Shown here one piece after another: positions 1-14,112 of a DNA stretch of 64,000 nt (position 1 is its first letter; every line of letters starts with the position of its first letter). The notes under the pieces were generated by a model. The model was not told where the DNA came from. It searched no databases and was given only the letters and a program-made list of their open reading frames with translations. This stretch comes from Octopus vulgaris (Eukaryota). A program made the translations under genes and the position numbers. The stretch lies in contig OX597839.1 of NCBI GenBank assembly GCA_951406725.2, forward strand, positions 12,524,001-12,588,000. The letters run 5' to 3'.

Positions 1-229
1 TGTTTTTATGTAAGTGTATATGTGTGTGGGAGGTACAACTTGACTCCAACCAGCTACTACATATTCTGTTTCAACTCCCTCTCTCCCTCTTCTTCCCTTT
101 CTCATTCTCTATATCTCTCTTTCTCCCTCTCTCTCTGTCTCCCCCTCTCTCCCCCTCCCCTTTCTCGCACACTCTCTCTGTATGTGAGCTTGAGTAGTCC
201 ACAACCCATCTCTCCTCCTACCAAGCTTT

Positions 230-610
230 TATTTCTTACTTGTTTCAGTCTTTGGACTGTGGCCAAGCTGGGGCACTGCCTTGAAAAGTTTAGTAAAACA
301 AATCAACCCCAGTACTTAATTTTAAGCCAGGTATTGGTATCATTTTAGTAAACCACTTTTAGTAAACACCAGTTGTCAAGCGGTGGGAGAGGGACAAATG
401 CATACACACACAAACACACACACAGAAACACACAACACAAAAAATTTGACAGGCTTCTTTCAGTTTCCCTCTACCATGTCACCTCACAAGGCTTCGATTG
501 GCTCACAACTATAGTAGAAGACACTTGTCCAAGGTGCCACACAGTTGGACTGAAGCTAGAACCTTGTGGTTGGGAACCAAAGCTCTTACCACACAGCCAC
601 ACATGCACCT
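230..610 (-). mobile_element. tRNA-derived SINE, family A (GGCGCAGGAGTGGCTGTGTGGTAAG-type head, internal microsatellite, GACTGAAACAAGTAAAAG-type tail), diverged
   Basis: Reverse complement matches the family A copy at 19582-19950 over head, middle and tail. Confidence 0.8.
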
Positions 611-755
611 ACTAGCTAGTTTTGATATATGTTGCCTATTACACTTCAAGTGAGGAGATACACAGAAAGAAGTTCATCTCTGCACAGAAGTGTGGTGTTA
701 GGGGTGATGATGATGTGGACAGTGATGGAGAAGGAAAATAGATATTAGGGAAGTG

Positions 756-788
<33 letters not shown>

Positions 789-864
789 TAGAGGGAGAGA
801 GTGTAGAAGGAGTATTGAATAGAAGAGAACAGAAATAGAGAAGAAAAATTGGTCTTTAGAGAAA

Positions 865-900
865 AAGATGGATAGATAAATGAATAGATGGACAGATAAG

Positions 901-937
<37 letters not shown>

Positions 938-1075
938 GGATGGATGGATGGATGGATGGATGGATGGATGGATGGATGGATGGATGGATGGATGGATGGA
1001 TGGATGGATGGATGGGTGGGTGGGTGGACGGACAGATGGACAGATCGACAGGCAGATGGATGGGTAGATAGAAAA

Positions 1076-1106
<31 letters not shown>

Positions 1107-1213
1107 TAGATAGATAGATAGATAAACAGATGGATGGGTGGATGGATGGACAGATGAACGGATCGACAGGCAGATGGATGGGTAGATAGAAAAAGATAGA
1201 TTGATAGATAGAC

Positions 1214-1299
<86 letters not shown>

Positions 1300-1400
1300 G
1301 TGGGTGGATATGTAGGTAGGATGGTAGGTAAGTTGGTACTTGGGTAAGTAGATAAGAAGATGGATAGGTAGTTAGGTAGGTGGGTTGATAGCTAGCTAGC
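865..1400. repeat. Compound (GATA)n/(GGAT)n/(GACA)n microsatellite
   Basis: Tetranucleotide arrays read directly; a ~50 bp block (GATCGACAGGCAGATGGATGGGTAGATAGAAAAAGATAGAT) occurs twice. Confidence 0.95.
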
Positions 1401-1745
1401 TAGACAAAGTAAAGAGACAGACAAACAAATAAATAAATAAATAGATACATACATACAAAGATTGATAAACAGACAAATAGAGAAAAAGATAAATGGTTAG
1501 ATAGAGAGAAGGAGGGAAAGAGAAATAAGTAGAAAGAGAGAAGTGATATGATACACACACGTACAAACATGTATGTATGCACATATACAAGGTAGTTCAC
1601 ACTTTTCCTTTGCATATTCTGAAAGAAGAGAAGAAAGACAAAATATATCGGTTTTTACCTTAAAAGGCCTAATTGTACTTAAAGGAAGGAATGTGGTATA
1701 ACTGAATCCGAAGACCTAGTGTTCAGCAACAAGACAGTGCTGTTA

Positions 1746-1784
<39 letters not shown>

Positions 1785-1918
1785 TGTATATATGCATGTA
1801 TATATATGTGTGTATATGTAATTGAAAAATAGAGATACTGCCCCTCCCTGAGTTGTAATTATTGGCAGGGGTATCATATCCATATACACATACACATACA
1901 TACACACGTGTGAATGTA

Positions 1919-1949
<31 letters not shown>

Positions 1950-2213
1950 AAACATTCTCAGAAGAGAAGAAAGGGAAGATAAAGAAGCAAGCACAGATAA
2001 ACAGCTTAGAAGTAGTAGGATGTGGCAGTGGGAGTGGACGAGGATATGCAGGGCAGTTGATGGAGAGATGAGGGACAGGAGATAGATAGATATATAGAGA
2101 AAGTGAGTGAGAGAGAGAGAGAGAGAAAGAGATACAAAGAGATAGACAGGCAGACAAAAAGATATACAAACAGATCCAAATTCTGAGTTTGTGTAGCCAT
2201 ATATATATGTGTA

Positions 2214-2244
<31 letters not shown>

Positions 2245-2289
2245 ATTTATATATATAGATGTATAGCCATACATATGTCTATATATTCG

Positions 2290-2320
<31 letters not shown>

Positions 2321-2365
2321 ATGTATATATGTGTATTATATATATATATATATACACACATATAT

Positions 2366-2533
2366 AGGGAGAGTTTACGAAAAAACAAAAGACGAAGACA
2401 GGTGGTGTACAAAACAAACAGATGTAATAGTATAACGCTCAGGAATAGAAAAAGTCTTTTACATTTCGAGCCTATGCTCTTCTACAGAAAGGGAAACAGA
2501 AAAAAACAAGGAGAGAAAAAAAAATGTGTGTAG
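2366..2533 (-). mobile_element. Short Penelope-like terminal-repeat fragment with hammerhead-like motif (same family as 54582-54750)
   Basis: Near-identical reverse complement of 54582-54750; minus strand CTTT-CTGTAGA-A-GAGC-ATAG-GCTC-GAAAT-GTA-AAAG at 2456-2491; abuts (TA)n. Confidence 0.65.
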
Positions 2534-2539
2534 TGGCTA

Positions 2540-3015
2540 AGGCACAGGAGTGGCTGTGTGGTAAGAAGCTTGCTTCTCAACCACATAGTTCAAGGTTCAG
2601 TTCCACTGTGTGGCACCTCGGAAAAATGTCTTCTACTATAGCTTCGGGCTGACCACTTTCTCCCATTTCTTTTTCATATATATATATATAGATATGAAAA
2701 AAAAATGGGAGAATGTGACAGGCGACAACAAACCATCCAGACAGTTGGATGATACAAAAAGGGACATAAAAAAACAAGGACAGGTCATTCGGAGTTTTCT
2801 TTCATCAGTATTTGTGTATCTATGTTTGTCATCACCACCATTACTTGACACCTGATGTTGGTGTGTTTACGTCCCCATAACTTTGTGGTACGGCAAAAGA
2901 GACCAGTAGAATAAGTACTAGCTTACAAAGAATAAGTTCTGGGGGCGATTTGTTTGACCAAAGGCAGTGCTCCAGCATGGCTGCAGTCAAATGACTGAAT
3001 CAAGTAAAAGAATAA
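2540..3015 (+). mobile_element. Family A SINE, interrupted by an unrelated segment at ~2655-2810
   Basis: Head GGCACAGGAGTGGCTGTGTGGTAAG with B-box-like GGTTCAGTTCC; 3' half AGAATAAGTACT...CAGCATGGCTGCAGTCAAATGACTGAA. Confidence 0.8.
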
Positions 3016-3457
3016 AAGAATATATATATGTATATATATGCCTGTGTGTTTATATGAATACATGTGCACAACTTCCAAGTAAACAAATAAGCAGTGCTTA
3101 TAGGGAATGCACACATATGTACACATACAGATATACACACATCAGTGTGTGGTGGGGGAGGGTGTATTATGTATGTAGACGAAAACAGAATCTTGAGAAA
3201 CTGGTGGTGGTGGTGGTGGTGGTATATGTGGCAAAAAAATTGTATTTATTGATATAAATTTTTTAAATTGGTATATTTTTGTTAAGTGTGTGTGTATGTG
3301 CATGCGTGTGTGTTGCACAGGCACATGTTAACCAAGTTTATGCAGTGCTCTTTAAAAAAAGTTTATAAGCATACAATGGAGTAATAGGAGCACATCTATT
3401 AAGTTTAAAAAAGGTTTAGGTTCAATTCTCATAAGCTGCTCCCTTGTACTTCTTTTT

Positions 3458-3810
3458 AGGTGCAGGTGTGGCTGTGTGTTAAGAAGTTTGCTTCCCAACC
3501 AAATGATTCTGCTTTCAGTCCTACTGCATGGCACCTTGGGCACATGTTTTTAAGCTATAACCTCAGATTGAAGCCTTGTGAGTGAATTTGATAGAAACTG
3601 AAAGAAGTGTGTGTGTGTCTCCTATCACTGCTTGACAAACCAGTGTTGGTTTGTTTATGTTCCTGTAACCTACTGTTCTGGCAAAAGTGACTAATAAAAT
3701 AAGTGCCAGGTTTTAAAAAAAATTAGTGTTGGTGTTGATATTTTCACCTAAATCTTTCTAGGAAGTGCCCCAGCATGGCTGCAATCCAAGGACTGAAACA
3801 AGTAAAAGAA
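3458..3810 (+). mobile_element. Family A SINE, diverged
   Basis: GGTGCAGGTGTGGCTGTGTG head and GACTGAAACAAGTAAAAG tail. Confidence 0.8.
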
Positions 3811-4329
3811 TAAAAAATAAACTCACTGGATAGGGATGATACCCTACTCCCATATATTCCCACTTCTACTTAAAGGAGGGTACCACCACCTCTTTTATAC
3901 TCCTATTTTCATCAGCCACCACTCCGAAATTCAGGAAACTGATTTTTTGTCAAGGTATTAGTTTTATTTTGTCTTTGCATGCCTTTTTAATTTTTCTATG
4001 CTAAGTTTTTTGTAGGCCTCATCTCTCTTTCTTTCTCTCTCACACACATACATGTATATATATATACATGTATATGTGTGTGTGTACACACACACATAAA
4101 TAGTTATCAGGGTAGCAAAAAAAATCACACAAGTAAAAAGGTTGTAACTCCTTGTTTTTAAAGGTAGAAACTCCAGGTTTACGTGAATAGGCCTTACTTC
4201 AAATGCTACTAAGGGTTGGTTCCAGAAAGGACATCTGGCCATAAGACCTTTAGTGGTCTTGTCCAAACCATGCTAAAAATAGTGATGATTCATCTGTCTG
4301 TTGATCAATGTATGCATGCATATGTGTAT

Positions 4330-5590
4330 TAGTTTAGAAAGGAAATCCTATTACATTTTGGCATGATTTTTTTAGGGCAATTTTCCAATACTACATGGTA
4401 AAATAAGCATTAATCTTTACAGTCAAAGGATTTTTTCTTTCTTTGTAAATTACTTTATACCACAGTGGTTAAATTAATACTGATTTTATCCTTTTAAAAT
4501 GAGTTTAGACCAGACCTCTATCACACACTGCATGCTGTATGAATTCAAAAGTTTTAAGTGTTCTTCAGCATTGAAAGCAGTGAGAAATACTTGTTCTGTT
4601 TATAGAATTGAAGTTTTATATGTCAAGACATGCCAAGGATGGTTTGGTCAGTTTCACTTGGAAAATTTTTCTCAGATTCCCCTTGATGTAAACAACCAAG
4701 TTCTGTCAATATCAAGCTTCTGAAAACTGTAGTTGAGGAGAATCTAAAGCAAACTGAATGAAAAGTAACAAAATAGTTTCAGTCACACTTTGATCATAAA
4801 ATACCTTTATGAACCAAGGAAAGGGTCTAAAATTGTTCAATAGGTCCCCTACCATCTGACTGCTTCAAAGCATAACCAAAGAGTTGCCCTCTGCTCTTCA
4901 TTGAAGAGTAGATTTGCTAATGAACATTTCTAGTGTAGAATCACCACAAGTGATGAAAAGTGAGTTCTCTATAATCATATCCAATGAAAACAAAAATAGC
5001 GAGCACCCAATGAAAAAGGACAATTCATCCTCAAATGAAGACTACAATTAGAAAACATTATGCTCTGTTTTTGGTGGGATATGAAAAGTGTCATATATCA
5101 TGAAATGTTAAACCAAAGTAAAACAATGAGTTGAAACATTGTTGTTAATTGGAAGTTTTGTACATTAATTTGCAAGAGAAGCACCCGTTATTGGCCAGTC
5201 ATAAAGGAGTATTGCTCTTACATAATAATGCAAGATCACATCTTGTCCAAGTCACTCAAGGAAAGATTATAGCAACTAATCCTCTTTAGTCTCCTGACCT
5301 TGCCTATTGTTTCAAGTCATTGCAACATTATTTAGAGAGAAAACACTTTATTAACTAGTAAAATTAATTGCCATATCAATTTATTAACTGTGAAGAGGGT
5401 AAAAATGACATTGAGTGTTTCCTTGCCTTGAAGCCTGAAGAATGTTATGCACAAGGAGTCAACAATTTGCCAAATTGATGGGATTGTTATCAATAATTAG
5501 ATGAAATATTATCTGGATTATATATATCTGTTAAGATAAAAGAAGCATTTGTTTGTTTCCCATTCTGAAAAGCAACAGGGCTCTCCCTCT
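4330..5590 (+). mobile_element. Decayed mariner (DD34D-type) transposon with transposase pseudogene from ~4499
   Basis: N-terminal HTH (HCMLYEFK...AVRNTCSVY...TCQGWFGQF); downstream remnants xVPYHL (WVPxxL), RITTSDEK, LCFWWD, LLLHNNARSH and SPDLA, with stops and frameshifts; termini degenerate. Confidence 0.88.
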
Positions 5591-5619
5591 CTCTCCACAT
5601 ATATTATATATATATATAT

Positions 5620-5776
5620 GACAGGCTTCTTTCAGTTTCTAGCTATCACATCCACTCACAAGGTTTTGGTCAGCGTGAGGCTACAGTAGAAGACACTTGC
5701 TCAAGACATGCAGTGGGACTGAACCTGGAACCATGTGGCTGAGAAGCAAACTTCTTACCACACAACCATGCCTGCA

Positions 5777-5780
<4 letters not shown>
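5620..5780 (-). mobile_element. Family A SINE 5' half
   Basis: GAAGACACTTGC...GGGACTGAACC...CTTACCACACA is the reverse-complemented family A head. Confidence 0.75.
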
Positions 5781-5824
<44 letters not shown>

Positions 5825-6203
5825 CTCACACACATAAATATGTATGTGTGCATGTGTGTGTATGCACATGTGTCTGTCTGTCTCCACGTATCACTGTTTC
5901 TTTGGCTCTCTTTCTCTGTATCTCTTGCTCTTTTCCTCTCTCTCTCTCTCTGTGCCTATGGTAATCTTGATCACACAACAACTTCTTATTAGTCATCATA
6001 ACCAACAGACTTTAGCATACTTGAAATAATCTTTTCTTTCCACCTTTTCTCTATTTAAAACATATATTACTTTCTTATTTTTTGTTTCAAAAGAAAAAAA
6101 AAACACTCCGTCCCCTCCAAAATTATCTTCTCCACCTCTGCTTATTCTGCTTCTTCCAAAACAGAAATTCTTTACAATTTGTAAGTTTATTTTCGTAATA
6201 ATT

Positions 6204-6240
<37 letters not shown>

Positions 6241-6298
6241 CACACACACATACACATATACTTATATAAGAATATGTAAATGTATATAAAATGCATGC

Positions 6299-6375
<77 letters not shown>

Positions 6376-6584
6376 ACACACACACACATACACACACATG
6401 TATTCTATTTTCTTTTTTCTTTTTGTTAGTAAACAATTTTCTAGACATCTCCAACAAAACACATATTTATATTTATTTAACAAATGTTTTCTATTTCAGT
6501 AAAAGAATTCTATTTTAGAACTGACATGAAATTATATCATTTGTGTCGATTTTGTTGTTGATATTCTGATACATATATTTTTTT

Positions 6585-6970
6585 ATCTTTGACTTGTTTC
6601 AGTGCTTGGACTGCAGTCATACTGGAGCACTACCTTGAATGTTTTAGTCAAATAAATTGACCCCAGTACTTACTTTTTTTTCAAAGCTGTTAGTTGTACT
6701 ATTCTATCAGTCTCCCTTGCCAAACTGCTGAGTTTGGAGACATAAACAAACCAACACCAGTCGTCAAGAAGTGGTGGGAAGCAAATACAAAGACAACCAC
6801 ACACATACACACATGGTGGGCTTCTTTCAGTTTCCGTCTATCAGTTGTACTCAAAAGGCTTCGGTCAGTCTAGGGCTATAATAGGAAGTACTTGCTTAAG
6901 GGACCACACAATGGAATTGAACCTGAAACTATGTGGTTGGGAAGCAAACTTCTTACCACACTGCCATACC
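6585..6970 (-). mobile_element. Family A SINE
   Basis: Tail, middle and head all present in reverse complement. Confidence 0.8.
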
Positions 6971-7175
6971 TATTTCTTTATTACCCACAAGGGGCTAAAC
7001 ACAGAGGGGACAAACAAAGACAGACATAGGTATTAAGTCGATTACATCGACCCCAGTGCGTAACTGGTACTTAATTTATCGACCCCAAAAGGATGAAAGG
7101 CAAAGTCGACCTCGGCGGAATTTGAACTCAGAACATAACGACAGACGAAATACGGCTATGCATTTCACCCGGCGT
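6971..7175 (-). mobile_element. Family B SINE (GAGGTCGACTTTGCCTTTCATCC core), 5'-truncated
   Basis: Highly similar to 41999-42232; CpGs retained. Confidence 0.8.
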
Positions 7176-7188
7176 GTACCTGTGACTA

Positions 7189-7224
<36 letters not shown>

Positions 7225-8030
7225 GAGAGAGAGATACATATATATATATATATATATAAAACTTTTATACTTTTTTATATTTCTAATTGTCAAGAAAACT
7301 GCAAAAATTATATGGAAACTAAAACAAAGTACAAGAACGTTCATCCCACCAGGTAGGCTAAGAATGGTTAGTAAAGACGGAAAGCTAACTTTATTAGGTG
7401 AAGCATTTTTCTAATGTTCTATAGAAATATATGGAAAGTATTCAAGACAAACCATTTCTCATTCCTAACTTCCCCTCCACCTAACCCTACCACTTACCAC
7501 CCACCTGTAAAACTATGCAACTATATTTCCGGGTGTTGCAGAGATGACAGCTTAGCCCAGAGCTGATGAAGAATAATGCAATAGAAGAAGTGAAGAGAAA
7601 TGTTGTTTTGTTTTTCTTCCTCTCTTTTTCTCTAGTTTTTTTTTTCTTCTTTGGTTGAATTACTCCAAGAATGGATTACTACTAAAATGTATACATATAT
7701 ATATATTACATAATATATATATATATATGCTTACGTATATATATGCTTACGTATATATATATATGTATATATATACATATATGTGTGTGTGTGTGTGTGT
7801 AAAATCCATAACTTTTAGGCAACAAAATATATTGTTTCACCCATGTCTTGTGACCGAAATAGACTTTATTTTTTTAGACTAATGATTATGGATAAAATTT
7901 TGACCCCTTGGAATAATAATAATATGCACATATATAATATATATTTATACATATATATATTTAACATACACGCATATATATTCTGTGTGTGTGTATACAC
8001 ATATATATATATATATTATATGTATATGTA

Positions 8031-8823
8031 CTGGGTGCGATGGGTAAATTGTCGCCATTTTATATCTTTAACTTTGTGCATGCACATTGTTTGTGTTTGA
8101 TTTTATCAACTGCACAGTATTGTAGGGCCAGTTGGGCACTGTGAGAAAAACAGCACCATAGCACAATTCACTCTGCCAAAAATCTGGATTTGACATGTTG
8201 TACTGCTTGGCATTCATGCCAGATGGTCCAATATGCACATTCCAGAGGGTTTGGGTGTTAATCTGAGGACATGTTTCAAGAGTGATATAAATCAAACGTC
8301 CAGTCAACATCATGGTGATGGCGACGTTATGTCTCCATTCATCTTCTCACATGGCCTCAGTCTCAATACAGATGCCTACATGAAGTGCCTGGAGAAGGTA
8401 GTGCTGCCCTGGGTCAAGACAGTGGCAACAGGACTCTGCAGTATGCCACACAAGCTGGAGAACCCAGTCATAGCTGTCAGACAATTTCTGTGATCACATC
8501 ACCCCTAACATCTGGCCCAGACTGCAACCCTCTTGATTATTATGTTTGGAGCACAGTTGAGTGAGAAACCAACAAAATTCCTTGTAACACCAAAGATGAA
8601 CTGAAGGCAAGGGTTATGGCAGCATTCACACACTTAAACAAAGAGATTCCAAAGTCATCTGGAGGCTGTGGTTGAAGCCAATGACGATTTTGTTGAATAA
8701 ATTTACTCTTTAGTATTTCAAGTTATTTTTATGCAATTTTGGTAAATAGATATGATAAAATGAGATGTCAGTGTTATTTTCATTTTTGCTTAATTTAAAC
8801 GACAGTTTATTTACCGACCCCTG
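8031..8823 (+). mobile_element. Internally deleted maT/DD37D Tc1-mariner element
   Basis: TA-flanked imperfect TIRs (CTGGGTGCGATGGGTAAATTGTCG versus reverse complement of AAACGACAGTTTATTTACCGACCCCTG); transposase remnants MSPFIFSHGLSLNTDAYMKCLEKVVLPWVK and PDCNPLDYYVW. Confidence 0.85.
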
Positions 8824-8824
8824 T

Positions 8825-9394
8825 ATGCATGCATGCATGCATGCATGCATGCATGCATGCATGCATTCATACATACATACATACATACATACATACATAC
8901 ATACATACATACATACATACATACATACATACATACATACATACATACATACATACATACATACATACATACATACATACATACATACATACATACATAC
9001 ATACATACATACATACATACATACATACATACATACATACATACATACATACATACATACATACATACATACATACATACATACATACATACATACATAC
9101 ATACATACATACATACATACATACATACATACATACATACATACATACATACATACATACATACATACATACATACATACATACATACATACATACATAC
9201 ATACATACATACATACATACATACATACATACATACATACATACATACATACATACATACATACATACATACATACATACATACATACATACATACATAC
9301 ATACATACATACATACATACATACATACATACATACATACATACATACATACATACATACATACATACATACATACATACATACATACATACAT
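8825..9394. repeat. (ATGC)n followed by a perfect (CATA)n array of about 130 units
   Basis: Read directly; about 527 bp of uninterrupted CATA. Confidence 0.98.
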
Positions 9395-9695
9395 CACCGT
9401 GACCGACCAGGCTATCAGATGTTGCTACACATCGCTGGTCACAATGCGAAGCGCATTGTTTTAGCCTTCAAATGACGCCACCCCGCTGGCTAAGCGAGCA
9501 GGCCAACAGAAGAAAGAGTGAGAGAAAGTTGTGGCGAAAGAGTACAGCAGGGTTTGCCACCACCCTCTGCTGGAGCCTCGTAGAGCTTTAGGTGTTTTCG
9601 CTCAATAAACACTCACGACGCCCGGTCTGGGAATCGAAACCGCGATCCTACGACCGCGAGTCCGCTGCCCTAACCACCGGGCCATTGTGCCTCCA
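9395..9695 (-). mobile_element. Family C tRNA-derived SINE (GGAGGCRCAATGGCCC head), young
   Basis: Minus strand has A box TGGCCCGGTGG and B box GGTTTCGATTCCC; many intact CpGs. Confidence 0.85.
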
Positions 9696-9700
9696 CACAC

Positions 9701-9755
<55 letters not shown>

Positions 9756-10439
9756 CATATATATATATATATATAATTACACATAACATACACACATATA
9801 TATAGCTATGGAATCAACATCAGCTCTTGATACATGTCAACCTGGACTAATATGGTCTATATCTTATTGTGCATAAGCTAATGTAAGAGGCACAACTTAG
9901 TATAGCCATACATCAGTTGTATTGTTTGCATTAGGGAATATTTTAGTGGGTATTGGTATAAAATACAAGCTACTTAACAGGAAAACTTCAGAGATAACAG
10001 AAAAATTCATTATAACCAGGTATACTAAGGAATATTGGGCTGTTAATTAAAATAAATATGATGGGATAGATCAAAGGATAAAAGTAGAATTTGTCAACAA
10101 AGTTAGCCTGTAAATTGTAGGTGTCCAAAGTGTAGTCTGTTGATATTTTTAATTTCTAGAATTTAAAAATGTAAGTTTGACTATATAACATGAATAATGA
10201 GAATTTAGGGTGCACCAGTTGGTTTAATGTTTATCAGTTTTTGTTGACTGCAGTGTGAATTTCCAGAATTTGCACATGGATTCATCAAAGTGGTGACACA
10301 TTGTGAAAAGTTCAGGTCTAATTTTATTTTTTTTCATATTTCTAAATATAAGGGGTTTTTTTTCATATAAACTTCATATTTTTGTTGACACTGTCTACAT
10401 AGTGTCTATTTTGCTCTCAAATTTTACATTTAATATTGA

Positions 10440-10655
10440 TTTCAAATTTTGGTACAAGTCAGCAATCTCAGAGAAATAGGTAAATCAATTACATCAACTC
10501 CAGTGCTCAAGTGGTACTTATTTTATCAATCTTGAAAGGATGAAAGGCAAAGTCAACCTCAGTGAAAGTTGAACACAAAGCATATATGTAGATAGATGAA
10601 ATGCTGCTAAGCATTTTGCCTGGCATGCTAATAATTCTGCCAGCTCACCACCTTA
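10440..10655 (-). mobile_element. Family B SINE, diverged
   Basis: GGATGAAAGGCAAAGTCAACCTC core and CTGCCAGCTCACCACC head. Confidence 0.75.
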
Positions 10656-11277
10656 ATTTTGTATTTAATATTGAAATCAGTATTGTGTTTTTTCAAGTGT
10701 CACATAAAGTTTGACGAAGATGTACTTTTTTTCAAATGTCTGAAGGATGGTGGATGATTAAAGTGTCATTTCCATATAGTGCTTATGCTTTGTCATTTGG
10801 TTAGGTTTTGCAGATATGACTTTTGTTTCATACACTCGCACACCTGAATTATATGATTCTGCACAGAAGCAGCATTGCATACCCACTCAGTCAATCATGG
10901 AAGAAGACAGTAGGTGGAGAGAAAATATGAAGTGGATGAGTTGAAGAAGAAATATAGAGAAAGGTAAAGGAAAGAGAAAAAGAGAAAACAAAACAATAAT
11001 TATATTAATTTCATCGACTAGAACAACAAAAAACAGCAACAACTAGAACAACAAAGCAAAAGGACAGGAAGGAAGAACTAAGTGAAATGGTGATGCAAAC
11101 AAGAAAACGTGGGAAAAGGAAAGAAAAATAGAAACAGAGAGATTGTCTGATTTATAAAACAGGAAAATTACTGGGAAAACAAACATAAATTAAGTATAAA
11201 AACAAAAGACAGGCATAGACATACAGATATATATACATATATATCTATCTCCCATGTGTATATATAAATATACACCG

Positions 11278-11322
<45 letters not shown>

Positions 11323-11355
11323 AACATACATAAACATACATATACATACATACAT

Positions 11356-11399
<44 letters not shown>

Positions 11400-11478
11400 T
11401 CTCACATAACACACATCTACATATATACTTTCCACAAGCCTATACATGCACATCTACACACACACACAAACACGTGCG

Positions 11479-11518
<40 letters not shown>

Positions 11519-12517
11519 CATACATGCCCACAAACACAGACACATACAGAAATATTGAAGAGGTGTCAATGATGTCATGCAAGAAATCGGTAAGCAGCAT
11601 CATCACTTGTCTATTTCTGAAACACCAAACCACAGAAGTCTGGCAATGTTCCTACACCTTCCCCCTCTAGCCCACCTCCACCCCACTTTTACATGCACTG
11701 TGCCAGATGGAAGGACTACCCTCCTACTGAATGAACAAGCAACCAGGAAGCTTCTACATGGTTTTTCCTCCAACTAGGGACAGAAGCTAAATCACACTAA
11801 ACTATCTTAATGAAGAAGGACACATTAGATAATGTAGTCTTAGATAAATTGCATGCAAATGAAAATGGGATTGTCAAGTCATCATGTACCTATTTGATCA
11901 GGATTGACCTGGTATTACATAGCAACAGTCAGGTTGCACACATTATATGTAATGTAATCCTAACTATGTCTACATAAATAAGACATGATGGTCACAGCTG
12001 GAACATCTTTGGTCATAAACCCATTGGATGAGAACTGACCTGAGGCTAAATAAGAGCAACAAAAATGATAGGGAGGAGAGAAAAATAAAACTGTGAAAAT
12101 AAGTAAAACATGAGCAATAGAAGAGTGTGGAATGCAAAAAGCAAACATTGAGAGGGGTCAGAGAAATTGCTTAGAGTATGTAGATACAGATAGTATGTAA
12201 GATACAGGTAGAAGTGAAGAGGTGGTATGTGCTGTGTATCAGGAAGAAGGAGTTTTTGGCATAAACATACAAAAAGATCGTGTAACCATCTCCATAGTAA
12301 CATTGCTACTGCCAAAACTGAGCAAGAATCACTAAATTTAGCTCTGACTACAAAACAAATTTCCAGGTATTATATTGACTGGAATATATTCTTGTAAGAT
12401 GATGGTGTATGATTGTTATTGTTAACAACCAGAGGATGGGCTCGCTGTCTCAGATACTTGTATACATGTGTGTTTATGTACACACACATGCACGCACGCA
12501 CGCACACACACACACAA

Positions 12518-12843
12518 TAAAAACAGACAAATGGATTATCTGGTAATGCTACAATCGTTTCATTTTTTTTTATGTAAGCATAGTACAGTCAGGAATGCAG
12601 CATGCACAACGTCCATAAGATTATGTAATATATTACACAATTCTCAACTCATCAGGCTAACCAAATAAACAAGTGAGCAGTGACATGTTTGGTTAACCTG
12701 ATGAGTTGGGAGTTGTGTAGCATACAAATAACCTTATGGATGTTGTGCATACAGCATCCCTGGCTGTACTATGTTTATATTACAATAGAGACTTTTAACG
12801 AAATAATTGTAGCAATATCAGATAGCTTATTCATCTGTTTTTA
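12518..12843. repeat. Diverged ~150 bp inverted repeat (fold-back) containing hammerhead-like cores
   Basis: Arms ~12518-12666 and ~12686-12843 are imperfect reverse complements; + strand CTGATGA at 12698 and GAAATAATTGTA at 12800. Confidence 0.8.
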
Positions 12844-13465
12844 TTATGCTCCTATGCTACATTTAAGGTTTCTTTCATTTTTGGATACTTTTGGAAATTT
12901 TTGGAGTTGTGTATTACCAAACAACAGTGAACATCTTTTTGTTGATGCATTCCATGCTATAATAATGGATTACTTAACTATCTGATTGGCATCAATCTGT
13001 CTAGTCAATAATTGTGGCATGCTTTACTTTGATAAGCCTAAATTCTATATGGATCCCCTGTAATCAAAGCTATATAGATATATGTACATGTATGTTCATC
13101 AACATCATCATCTATTTCTCTATGCTTGCATGGGGCAGACATTTTATTTGAGGAAGATTTTCTACAGCCAGACGCCCTTCCTGTTACCAATCCTAACCTG
13201 TTTTCAAGCCAAGTAATATTTCGCTATTGCCATACATGTTCTCTCAGACAGTTGGAAACAAATGACACTGCTTTATGACAGTGACACTTATATACAATAG
13301 GATAAGAAGCAGACTTAAAAATAATAAGTAATGGGGTTATTTTGTTTGACTAAAATTCTTCAAGGCTGCACCCAGTATGGCCACTGTTCAATGACAAAAA
13401 CAATTAATAGATATACAAAATACATATAATTCATACATACATGTAAATACATACTTGTATGTATG

Positions 13466-13496
<31 letters not shown>

Positions 13497-14075
13497 TTAT
13501 GTATGTATGTATGTATGTATGTATGTATGTATAAAAGTACATATACATAGAGGTATCTTTTTTGGAATATTGTCTAATTGAGGCACATCACATAAAGCTA
13601 TAAATAACAGTATTGGAATGGAAAACCATTTTGGATAGACATAGTTGAAGGCTACCCATGAGACTTGAATTACATCTCCTGCAGACATGACAATATATAT
13701 GAACGTTTGTGTGTGTGCACGCACACGTGCATCCACACACACACATCTTATCTCTGCAAGATCTTATCTCTGCAAAACCACAGAAAAGGAATCCATCACC
13801 ATTTGCAAGACCAGGTCATGTAGTAACAACAGACTGCACACTAATGATTCGCTATTAGAACAATGCTATTCTGTGTATGTTAAACAACCATCTACACACA
13901 CACACACTCACCACAGAACAGAAAAGCCAGCATACAACACCAAATCTCCAAAGATTTCCTAAACAGGCTGTCCTAAACTTGAGACACTGAAATGCAAGAT
14001 AAAAGTACAAAGCATTGACATCTTTCTTATAACTTACACTGTTTTGGCTTGACAACAAAAAAAAATGGGTACATA

Positions 14076-14112
<37 letters not shown>

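Noticed and set aside
1589-1645. Strong minus-strand splice acceptor (TTTTGTCTTTCTTCTCTTCTTTCAG) as a shared exon
   Set aside because: No convincing donor or open phase-2 frame follows; pyrimidine tracts are common here.
8710-9475. Long ORFs (MYVC/HTYI repeats), and similar YI/HT/CV ORFs across the window
   Set aside because: They are translations of stop-free microsatellites, not genes.
9620-9695. tRNA gene-like A/B boxes (also at the heads of families A and B)
   Set aside because: They continue into SINE bodies and lack a closed acceptor stem and terminator, so they are SINE heads rather than tRNA genes.
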